The notes under the pieces were generated by a model. The model was given only the letters and a program-made list of their open reading frames with translations, did not search any database and was not told where the DNA came from. A program made the position numbers and the translations under genes. 20,000 bases of DNA from the IMG/VR virus record IMGVR_UViG_3300028886_000081; one strand, 5' to 3'. Position 1 is the first letter of the stretch. Each line of letters opens with the position of its first letter. The DNA is from an uncultured virus (IMG/VR IMGVR_UViG_3300028886_000081) (lineage: Duplodnaviria; Heunggongvirae; Uroviricota; Caudoviricetes). Of this stretch, positions 8,111 to 15,389 are shown piece after piece.

Positions 8111-9115
8111 ATGGAAGAAAGTATAATAAATCTTATATGTGTATTTCTTGGTAATTACGGTAAGCATTCAGGTGAATGGTATTCATTCAATTGTCCTGAA
8201 TGTGCTGCTGAGAAGGGTGTACGCTATGACAACAAATTCAATCTTGAAGTTAAGGTGGATTTGGATGTACGCGGATGCGGTTATTATCACTGTTGGCGTT
8301 GTAAGGACATAAACGGAACTTGTGGTACGATTGTGTCACTATTCAGGAAATACGCTTCAAAGGCTGTTATGGATGAATTCCGTCAGATTGTCAGTGAATA
8401 TCGTGAAGCAAGGAAATACGATTTATTTTCAGATGATATTCCGGATGAATTTATTCTTGATAGTGAATTGTCATTACCTAATGAATTTACTCCGATAAGG
8501 CAGTCTGATGACAGGGCTTCCGCTGCTATTTCATATTTATCTTCACGCGGTATAACTCAGGATATTATAGACAGATATAATATAGGCTATACACCGAATT
8601 CAAAGGATGTGGAATACGGTATAAGAGGCCGTATAATAATCCCTTCTTATGACTGTTTTGATTCACTCAACTACTGGGTTGCCCGTGATTATACCGGTAA
8701 GAATAAGGTAAGATACAAAAACCCTAAAGCAGAGAAAACAAAGTTTATTTTCAATGAAGGTAAGGTTAACTGGTATGAACCTGTAACTTTGGTTGAAGGG
8801 CCTTTTGACCACATTGTTGTACCGAATTCCATACCTATGTTGGGAAAAAGCCTTGACAGCGAGTATATGCTATACAAATACCTTGTCAAATACTGTAAAA
8901 GCACAGTTAATGTATTCTGTGATGATGATGCGTTGTATGATGCAAAGAAAATATACAAATTATTAAACGATTCAGAACTTGAAGGACGTGTAAGGCTTAT
9001 AGAATGTCCTGACGGATATGATGCTTCACTGATATTTGAGAAATACGGTAAAAGGGGAATCCTATCATTACTAAGCAAGGCTAAGAAGATTAAAGAGAAT
9101 TCCCTTGTATTATAG
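8111..9115 (+). CDS. Phage DNA primase (DnaG-like, Zn-binding domain + TOPRIM)
   Basis: N-terminal CPEC...HCWRC Zn site; YLSSRGI...YNIGY, GRIIIP, WVARDY, RYKNP; TOPRIM LVEGPFD and acidic DDDA motif. Confidence 0.9.
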   Translation: MEESIINLICVFLGNYGKHSGEWYSFNCPECAAEKGVRYDNKFNLEVKVDLDVRGCGYYHCWRCKDINGTCGTIVSLFRKYASKAVMDEFRQIVSEYREARKYDLFSDDIPDEFILDSELSLPNEFTPIRQSDDRASAAISYLSSRGITQDIIDRYNIGYTPNSKDVEYGIRGRIIIPSYDCFDSLNYWVARDYTGKNKVRYKNPKAEKTKFIFNEGKVNWYEPVTLVEGPFDHIVVPNSIPMLGKSLDSEYMLYKYLVKYCKSTVNVFCDDDALYDAKKIYKLLNDSELEGRVRLIECPDGYDASLIFEKYGKRGILSLLSKAKKIKENSLVL

Positions 9116-9133
9116 TGTATTTTTTGCTAATTT

Positions 9134-9469
9134 CTACCACGGAGTTGTGTAGCCACTGTCATTCAAAGCCTTTTTAACAGCCTTCGGAAGGTCAAAGCAT
9201 CCGTCGAAGTCAACCACTTCGTTATTTTCAAACCATAAACCGCCTTCCATATATGTATCATCTTCCATGTTTTCATGCCAGTATTCAAAACTACCATAAC
9301 CTTCAGTAGTGTCAATTTCTATGTCAACACAAAGTACGATACCTTTTTTCGTATTATATCTTTTTGATATTTTAACCGTACCTTCTGTTTTTTCTGAAAT
9401 AATTCTTCTTACTGATTCCTTTATGATGTTCTGAAGGTCTGATTCCTTTATATTTATTGTCTGTTTCAT
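9134..9469 (-). CDS. Small protein with N-terminal 'KESDLQNIIKESVRRIISE' motif; putative internal head protein
   Basis: Motif shared with 11558-12505 and 12549-15230; ATATTTAT 21 nt upstream; acidic C-domain GGLWFE...DFDGCFDLP. Confidence 0.8.
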   Translation of the reverse strand: MKQTINIKESDLQNIIKESVRRIISEKTEGTVKISKRYNTKKGIVLCVDIEIDTTEGYGSFEYWHENMEDDTYMEGGLWFENNEVVDFDGCFDLPKAVKKALNDSGYTTPW

Positions 9470-9490
9470 CGAAAAATAAACTGTTTAACA

Positions 9491-9498
9491 ATAAATAT
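9491..9498 (-). promoter_or_regulatory. Candidate phage late-promoter motif ATATTTAT
   Basis: 21 nt upstream of ATG 9469; the same motif occurs at similar spacing before three other minus-strand genes. Confidence 0.6.
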
Positions 9499-9509
9499 CG
9501 GTAACTAAT

Positions 9510-9541
9510 AAAAAAGGTACTTGTATAATACAGGTACCTTT
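9510..9541 (-). terminator. Intrinsic terminator after the 9540-9827 gene
   Basis: Minus strand aaaggtacctgta-tta-tacaagtaccttt (13-bp stem, one mismatch) running into a T tract. Confidence 0.7.
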
Positions 9542-9827
9542 ATCCTTCTTCGGTTATAATGTCTTCTGTAGGTGTATAGGGTTTTTCGTATTTTTCGGAC
9601 GTTACCTTTGTCAGTCCTGCAACGCCGAATAAAGTTGTTACTGCACCTATGTATGCTGCCATTCCTGTAAGGTCTGTTGCTATTGTATGCATGAAAATAG
9701 CCTCAATTATCAGTACGAAGAACGGTACTATTAACAACAGGCATCCTATAAATGTTATTAACAGTACAAATAGGTTTTTTGTACTATATCCGGTGTTGTT
9801 TTTGGCAAATTTTATAAATAAATTCAT
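9540..9827 (-). CDS. Two-TM small membrane protein, holin-like
   Basis: 95 aa; hydrophobic LFVLLITFIGCLLLIVPFFVLII and LTGMAAYIGAVTTLFGVAGL segments; charged C-tail; ATATTTAT upstream. Holin role is inference. Confidence 0.6.
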   Translation of the reverse strand: MNLFIKFAKNNTGYSTKNLFVLLITFIGCLLLIVPFFVLIIEAIFMHTIATDLTGMAAYIGAVTTLFGVAGLTKVTSEKYEKPYTPTEDIITEEG

Positions 9828-9854
9828 CTGAAATAAAAAGCATTATATCTTCAG

Positions 9855-9862
9855 ATAAATAT
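9855..9862 (-). promoter_or_regulatory. Candidate phage late-promoter motif ATATTTAT
   Basis: 27 nt upstream of ATG 9827. Confidence 0.6.
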
Positions 9863-9877
9863 ACAGTACCGAACATT

Positions 9878-10375
9878 TTAAATTGAAGTCAGTACTGCAA
9901 GGCAAACGGCTATATAGCTTACGAATTCAAAAATGAAGGTATATTTTTTTCTGTCGAATATTGTCCATAACCCGCCTAAGCCTACAATAGCTGCAAGTGT
10001 TATCCAACAATGTGACAGTATAAGCCATATAAGTCCGCATACAAATGCTATAATACCGCCTGTGTAGTGTATCTTACCTTCGAATTCCTGTTTATATAAC
10101 GGTGTTGTACCGGCAAATAGCATACCCATACATGATAGGAACACAAGGAACTGATAGATGTCAGGTGTAACGGCAACCCACAATGGGAACAGGCATACTG
10201 CTGAAGATATGCATAATACAGTAAATGGGGCTGTTGTATCGAACAGCTCCCGTGATATATATGATGTTGCACTTATTGACTCAGGTGTTTCATCATTATT
10301 AAAAACTGTGAATAATATGTTGTAGTATATGAATATACACAGACCGAATATTATAAGGAATAAATCAAACGTCAT
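9878..10375 (-). CDS. Multi-pass membrane protein (~5-6 TM)
   Basis: 165 aa, mostly hydrophobic; PESISATSY loop and IHYTGG motif reminiscent of DUF998/Frag1-like membrane proteins (unverified). Confidence 0.75.
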   Translation of the reverse strand: MTFDLFLIIFGLCIFIYYNILFTVFNNDETPESISATSYISRELFDTTAPFTVLCISSAVCLFPLWVAVTPDIYQFLVFLSCMGMLFAGTTPLYKQEFEGKIHYTGGIIAFVCGLIWLILSHCWITLAAIVGLGGLWTIFDRKKYTFIFEFVSYIAVCLAVLTSI

Positions 10376-10515
10376 TTATCTTTTTTTTCTTTTTTCCTTT
10401 TATCGAAATAGTCGTTAATCATCGGTATGAATATGGCTCCAAGCGATACGACTATTATTGTTGCGGCAACCACAAGCGGATGTAGTAGTTCCTGACTTAT
10501 TACAAATATATTCAT
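10372..10515 (-). CDS. 47-aa single-TM protein with a basic C-tail
   Basis: MNIFVISQELLHPLVVAATIIVVSLGAIFIPMINDYFDKRKKEKKDK*; ATGA overlap with the next gene; ATATTTAT 20 nt upstream. Confidence 0.7.
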   Translation of the reverse strand: MNIFVISQELLHPLVVAATIIVVSLGAIFIPMINDYFDKRKKEKKDK

Positions 10516-10535
10516 TTTTTGTCGTTTATACACAT

Positions 10536-10543
10536 ATAAATAT
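10536..10543 (-). promoter_or_regulatory. Candidate phage late-promoter motif ATATTTAT(A)
   Basis: 20 nt upstream of ATG 10515, overlapping the last base of the upstream stop codon. Confidence 0.6.
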
Positions 10544-10722
10544 CAGGTTCCGATTATTTTATCGATACGTTTAATCGCTTCTGATGCAATCGAAACTGAG
10601 AGTTCAGAAACCTGTGTATGTGTTGCCCTGTCAAATATCTTTGATAAAAGTGTTCCGTCAGATGATAGTATTCCATTGATTGCCTGGCCGGTAAGTTCTA
10701 TCAGTTCCTCTCTCTTTGTCAT
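10543..10722 (-). CDS. 59-aa helical hypothetical protein
   Basis: MTKREELIELTGQAINGILSSDGTLLSKIFDRATHTQVSELSVSIASEAIKRIDKIIGT*; ATGA overlap with the lipoprotein stop. Below the ORF-track cutoff. Confidence 0.75.
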   Translation of the reverse strand: MTKREELIELTGQAINGILSSDGTLLSKIFDRATHTQVSELSVSIASEAIKRIDKIIGT

Positions 10723-11072
10723 CTGAAAAAATAAATCTGCTTATCTTGGTTTATTCCTATATACAGTGTATCAGAAATGAAAATATCAGCATTAACACTA
10801 TAAACGGTTTTAGAAAAAACATTTTCAGTTCCGAGTTCAATATAACCCTCTGACAGTCTGCATTTTCTGTTAATGTGGAAATTACCGTCAAATGTTCCGA
10901 TAATCTGACAGGAATCCTCTCTGACTTCGGTTAATCTGCTGTCGAATATATATGCATAGTCAGGTTTCTGTTTCGGTGTTATATCCTCTTCAGAGCCGTG
11001 ATAAGTGCTGCAATGGCACGAAGATAGGATAAATGCAGTTAACAGCAGACTTAGTGTTTTCTTTTTCTTCAC
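10719..11072 (-). CDS. Predicted lipoprotein
   Basis: GTG start; MKKKK basic n-region, hydrophobic h-region, lipobox LSS-C19. Confidence 0.75.
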   Translation of the reverse strand: MKKKKTLSLLLTAFILSSCHCSTYHGSEEDITPKQKPDYAYIFDSRLTEVREDSCQIIGTFDGNFHINRKCRLSEGYIELGTENVFSKTVYSVNADIFISDTLYIGINQDKQIYFFR

Positions 11073-11428
11073 TATTCAACGATTTTTATAATTGTGTTTT
11101 CGTTAATCTTAACCGGCTTATTGTAGTTCAGTTTCTTATCACCGACCTGTACAATCAGTACGCGGTTACTGTTAAGTCCGAGTTTTCTGTCACGAAGCAT
11201 TCTGTCATTTGAAATTCGATTCATCTTTGCGATGACATATTTTCTGTCAACAACTGAATACGCCAAATCACTAAAATAGTCCTCTGAGTATTTCCCTACA
11301 TGATACTTTGAGAAATAATGACTTGCATTCTTCTCAATTCCCCGACGGATGTCGAACTGCCACTGAAGGCACATACGCATCCACTTGTTTATACGGTCTT
11401 CCGTATTTCCGATATACCTTTTAGCCAT
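11072..11428 (-). CDS. Basic hypothetical protein
   Basis: 118 aa, K/R-rich; first gene downstream of a host-type promoter. Confidence 0.75.
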   Translation of the reverse strand: MAKRYIGNTEDRINKWMRMCLQWQFDIRRGIEKNASHYFSKYHVGKYSEDYFSDLAYSVVDRKYVIAKMNRISNDRMLRDRKLGLNSNRVLIVQVGDKKLNYNKPVKINENTIIKIVE

Positions 11429-11463
11429 AAATTCTGATTGTTTATTTGTTTTTATTCTTTTTG

Positions 11464-11494
11464 CAAATATACAGCTTTTTTGATATATAACAAA
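11464..11494 (-). promoter_or_regulatory. Bacteroidota primary-sigma promoter
   Basis: Minus strand TTTG (11494-11491), 19-nt spacer, TATATTTG (11471-11464), then CAAAAAG. Confidence 0.8.
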
Positions 11495-11516
11495 GGAAGT
11501 TAAGTTATAAATTGTT

Positions 11517-11548
11517 AAAAAAAATCACCGGTGTTTTTCCACCGATGA
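11517..11548 (-). terminator. Intrinsic terminator after the 11558-12505 gene
   Basis: Minus strand tcatcggtg-gaaaaa-caccggtga (9-bp stem, one G-U) followed by T8. Confidence 0.85.
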
Positions 11549-11557
11549 CTGTTATAT

Positions 11558-12505
11558 TTATGATATTTTTTCGACTTTGCTTAAAGGAACACCTATCATA
11601 GTCCACTCTTTTCCATCTTTTTGGTATTTCACATCGCAGGTTTCCTCATACGTCATGAAGTTGGTATCGAAATCTTCTATGATACCTTCTATCTCCTTTG
11701 TTTTTCCGTGTACGATTACCTTATCACCTGTTTGGAAACTTCCGTCTGATGATTTTGCATGATATGTACCATTTGATTTTTGGAATGCCTTGGAAAGTTC
11801 TTTAAGGTCGTAGTTCAGTTCATCTTCTTCCTCTTGTTTGAAATATTCTGAATCATCATCATAGTCAGATTCAGATTCTTTAATCTGACTGTTTTCGTAT
11901 ACGTTTCCGAAATCTTTTCTTTTTGACAGTACTAATTGTCTGTCTCGTTCAGACGGTTTATTCCAGTGCACCCCTTCTTTTGCCCAATCAGGTTTATTCA
12001 GGAAGTTATACCAAAATCCGCCAGGCCCTCCTCCCCATGCAACAAGATTGTTAGGGTCAGTTGAATTGTTTCCTTTACAGACATCCCAATATAAAGCATC
12101 TTTTATATATGGTTTAATATCATTAATATTGTCAATACACATAGTTTCGTTACCCTTTTCAGGCTTCATTATACAATGAAAAACATACCTGCAATTACCC
12201 TCTTGAATCTTTGATTCTCCGAGTTCTCTGTTCAATGAACCCTTTCTGTGGAGAGGACGTGAATCTGCTGCTTTTTGCCATCGTTTGTCTGCACGTCTGA
12301 TTCTGTCCTTTTCTGATTTATGCATATTATCTTGGTCTTTTCGTGCAAAATATGTGTCAACACCATCATGCGAGAATTTTGCTGCATTTGTCCTATGGTC
12401 TGATGCAAATGCGTTGTCGTTTGACTGTTCCGGGTGGTTATATGAATCAATCTCTTCTTTGATGACCTTTTTTATGTAGTTTTTTAATTGTTTCTCGTTA
12501 AGCAT
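11558..12505 (-). CDS. Multi-segment protein with N-terminal 'NEKQLKNYIKKVIKEE' motif; putative internal head protein
   Basis: 315 aa; internal linkers ESKIQE and ENSQIKE; acidic tract; C-terminal SH3/KOW-like pattern (FQTGDKVIV...GII..F...CDVKY). Confidence 0.8.
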   Translation of the reverse strand: MLNEKQLKNYIKKVIKEEIDSYNHPEQSNDNAFASDHRTNAAKFSHDGVDTYFARKDQDNMHKSEKDRIRRADKRWQKAADSRPLHRKGSLNRELGESKIQEGNCRYVFHCIMKPEKGNETMCIDNINDIKPYIKDALYWDVCKGNNSTDPNNLVAWGGGPGGFWYNFLNKPDWAKEGVHWNKPSERDRQLVLSKRKDFGNVYENSQIKESESDYDDDSEYFKQEEEDELNYDLKELSKAFQKSNGTYHAKSSDGSFQTGDKVIVHGKTKEIEGIIEDFDTNFMTYEETCDVKYQKDGKEWTMIGVPLSKVEKIS

Positions 12506-12530
12506 AGTAACTAAAATAATGTAATATATT

Positions 12531-12538
12531 ATAAATAT
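12531..12538 (-). promoter_or_regulatory. Candidate phage late-promoter motif ATATTTAT(A)
   Basis: 25 nt upstream of ATG 12505, in a 43-nt intergenic gap. Confidence 0.6.
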
Positions 12539-12548
12539 GATACTGAAG

Positions 12549-15230
12549 TTAAACCTGACCTAATCTGTCGAAATTATCCTCGAAATAATCCTTACCGTAC
12601 AGTTGTATTATCTGCTTCGGCCACAATACGGAAGAAATTGTATCTGTTGCATATCTCTCAGGTGTTTTTGAGAGCATACCCATATCCTTAAGATTCTTTA
12701 CTATCTGTTCACGGCTTTTGTAGAATTTTCTGTCCTGTCTGTACAGTCTGTCAACCAAATCATCAAATGTTTTACAGTCCTCATTCGGCTTGAACAGTTT
12801 ATGGTTTTTCATTGACATATAGACCGGTTGGCCCTTATAGTCATAACCGTCCTGCCATTTCTTGTCACCGAACTTCTTAAGGAAATCTCTTTTTGACATA
12901 GGTATATATGAAGTTGTGGATTTTACATAACCATCTTCACCGGGCAAGTTAACCCAAATCCTTTTAATCTGATTAGGATTTAAATCACCCATGAAAAGTG
13001 CCTGATGCTCAGGATTGTCAAATATATTGACTGCTACTTCAGGTTTATCACTTTTCCTTATATAATCCTTTGATATTGTGTTATCCTTCAGTTTCTTATA
13101 GTCGAAATATGTCTCATCCTTTGTGTTTAATGCATTCTGTCTGTATCTTTCCTTCTGTGCGTTTCTTTCTTCCTTGTTATTGAACGGCATAGGCATACTA
13201 CCCTGTCCGAAATAGGAATCCTGACCGTTCCATACAGGACTCTCCAAATCAGAAGCCCTTGCAGTGAATTCAATGATAGCCATTCCCTGATTAGATACAC
13301 CGAACTTCTTTGCTGTTTCGAAATCCGTTGTGACGAAAATACCTAACGGATTCATACCCGACTCGTAGGAATACTGCCTTGGATGGTATGTTTTACCTGA
13401 TGTACCGTTAATGGCTATATCACAGGCAGTCTGTAATGTACATCCGTGGTACACTCTTATAGTGTCGTTATCCTTAATCGGTTCCTGATTATAGGAATCT
13501 GTCCAGTGGTTCTTGTTGACCTTACCGTTGTATTTCTCATAACGTGAGTCAATATAACGCACCTCGTTAAGTTTTTTCCTGATAATATTCCTTATTAATG
13601 ATTCGTTACTTTCGGGTTTAATGAATATCGGATTCTGCTTAACTGTATTTCCGTTATCATCGCAAAGATTACCGAATGAATCCAACTTATATGTTGAGCC
13701 GTCTGTTAATACGACTATATATTTAAAGCTTCCGTCATAACCTAACAGACCTCTTATTTTCCACGGTGCTTTCAGTTTAAATTCCGGTATTTTATATAAC
13801 TGATAGTATTCATCACCCTTGAACTTTAAAAAAGTACCTATTTCTCTTGCATTAAATGCTGTTTCAATACTTCTGTCAAATATATATGACTGTGTTTTCG
13901 TACTGTAAAAGTTATCTAAGGTGTCTATAATGAAATTACCTTTGTTGTCAGGGTAAACGGTTCCTATTGCACCAAGCCATTCATTGAGAAGGTATTCACC
14001 GTTTCTGTTTATAAGGTTGAATTTTTTGTTTTTCATGACAAGTACATATCCTTCCCTTAAACTGTTTCTTAGTCCGTCAAACCATTCTTCTGATATGAGT
14101 CTGCCTTTTACCCCACCGTATTCATCATTCTCAAGTAATACTACATTTGATTTATGTCCGTTTTCCACTTTGAATGAATCCGCATAGCGTGTTTCTACTT
14201 CATCGAATGTCATGTCAATTAACAGATTGTTGAATTCGTCGATTAAAACATACGCGCCATGTTCTTCGGAATAATAAGAATAAACATCCTGTTCTATCTC
14301 GTCTCCATAATAAGGGTCAGATTCAAATGTCTGTTTATTGTTTTCATCACAGTATATTTCAAGTTCTCCCTCTATTTCATCCAACACTCTCTTTCTTGCT
14401 ATTTCTATTTCCTCCTGTGTCAGCGGCTTGAAAACATCGTAGAAATTATACCCTATCACTTCTGACAGTTGTTTCGTTGTCATAATGTTGTCATTACCTC
14501 CGTTTTCATGATTCCACCTACAGGTGACTGTATTACATGAACCGTCAGGTGTTACCGATACGGCTATCATTGACAGTCCGTAACTGTCAAGCGGACATCC
14601 TTCACCGGGTTCCTGAACTTCATTTCTCCAACCATTTCTCAGACAGAAGTAGAAAAGGTTTATACCGTTTGCCGTGTATGATGCATACATCTCAGGATAA
14701 TGCGTAACGCACCAGCTTACATAATTCGAATATTCAGATGCCTCATCAAATGAATTAATCCTTATTATTTCATATTGTGAAGCCTGACTGTTGTACTGCT
14801 GCTGTGACAGTTCGTTTCTGTCATTTTCAAGGTCAACCTGTGCAGAACCGGAGAATTTTTCTATAAACTGAGAAGCAGACATTCCGTTAAGGTCGTTGTC
14901 GTATTCGTTTACATGTGCATCTGATGCAGCATACTTCAGCGATTTGTTTACCTTCATTATGGTTTCGGCATCTGACAGTTCACCGTTACAGAACATACGT
15001 ACCATAGCCAGCATGAACTTGCATTTAGCCATACGAGAGTTTGGTATGTCGGTTTTTATCTGACCGATACACTTCATCGCACGTTCCTCGTCAAAGCCTT
15101 TATTGTTATAAAGATAATGCTTTGCGAGTTTCATATTTTTCGTTTCAACTCCTTCGGAAAGTATTTCCCTTACTGATTCTCTTATTATGTTTCTAATCTG
15201 TTTTTCAGACATCACTATTGACTGTTGCAT
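12549..15230 (-). CDS. Large multidomain protein with a C-terminal ADP-ribosyltransferase-like domain; putative virion-packaged polyprotein
   Basis: N-terminal SEKQIRNIIRESVREILSE; SWCVT...FYFCL...YGLSMIAV...TCRWNH domain; WG-repeat-like beta segments (KFNLINRNGEYLLNEW); second motif NESLIRNIIRKKLNE (aa ~542-556); then RVYHGCT (H595), GIFVTTDFETAKKF (630-643), AIIEF and EHQALF (E741), matching the ART core pattern. Confidence 0.75.
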   Translation of the reverse strand: MQQSIVMSEKQIRNIIRESVREILSEGVETKNMKLAKHYLYNNKGFDEERAMKCIGQIKTDIPNSRMAKCKFMLAMVRMFCNGELSDAETIMKVNKSLKYAASDAHVNEYDNDLNGMSASQFIEKFSGSAQVDLENDRNELSQQQYNSQASQYEIIRINSFDEASEYSNYVSWCVTHYPEMYASYTANGINLFYFCLRNGWRNEVQEPGEGCPLDSYGLSMIAVSVTPDGSCNTVTCRWNHENGGNDNIMTTKQLSEVIGYNFYDVFKPLTQEEIEIARKRVLDEIEGELEIYCDENNKQTFESDPYYGDEIEQDVYSYYSEEHGAYVLIDEFNNLLIDMTFDEVETRYADSFKVENGHKSNVVLLENDEYGGVKGRLISEEWFDGLRNSLREGYVLVMKNKKFNLINRNGEYLLNEWLGAIGTVYPDNKGNFIIDTLDNFYSTKTQSYIFDRSIETAFNAREIGTFLKFKGDEYYQLYKIPEFKLKAPWKIRGLLGYDGSFKYIVVLTDGSTYKLDSFGNLCDDNGNTVKQNPIFIKPESNESLIRNIIRKKLNEVRYIDSRYEKYNGKVNKNHWTDSYNQEPIKDNDTIRVYHGCTLQTACDIAINGTSGKTYHPRQYSYESGMNPLGIFVTTDFETAKKFGVSNQGMAIIEFTARASDLESPVWNGQDSYFGQGSMPMPFNNKEERNAQKERYRQNALNTKDETYFDYKKLKDNTISKDYIRKSDKPEVAVNIFDNPEHQALFMGDLNPNQIKRIWVNLPGEDGYVKSTTSYIPMSKRDFLKKFGDKKWQDGYDYKGQPVYMSMKNHKLFKPNEDCKTFDDLVDRLYRQDRKFYKSREQIVKNLKDMGMLSKTPERYATDTISSVLWPKQIIQLYGKDYFEDNFDRLGQV

Positions 15231-15344
15231 ATATTATAATTATCGACTTGACGACAATAAAATCAGGAGAAAATAATACATGGAGATGATGTTCTAAAGG
15301 TAATATTTTTTGTTATTTTTGAACTTTTTTAGGGTACTTTAGGG

Positions 15345-15373
15345 TTCTTAACAATATTAAATATTGTTAAGAA
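15345..15373. repeat. 29-bp palindrome (perfect 14-bp arms, 1-nt centre)
   Basis: ttcttaacaatatt-a-aatattgttaagaa, 16 nt upstream of ATG 15390 in a divergent intergenic region. Confidence 0.9.
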
Positions 15374-15389
15374 TGTTTAAGGTATAGAA

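Noticed and set aside
3832..9078. Alternative-frame and antisense ORFs in the left block (e.g. 3832-4077, 4190-4378, 4287-4508, 4891-5160, 5778-6155, 6657-6959, 8689-9078)
   Set aside because: They overlap better-supported genes and have no motifs; treated as shadow ORFs.
15328..15345. TTTAGGG as a plant-type telomeric repeat
   Set aside because: Only two non-contiguous copies in a phage intergenic region.
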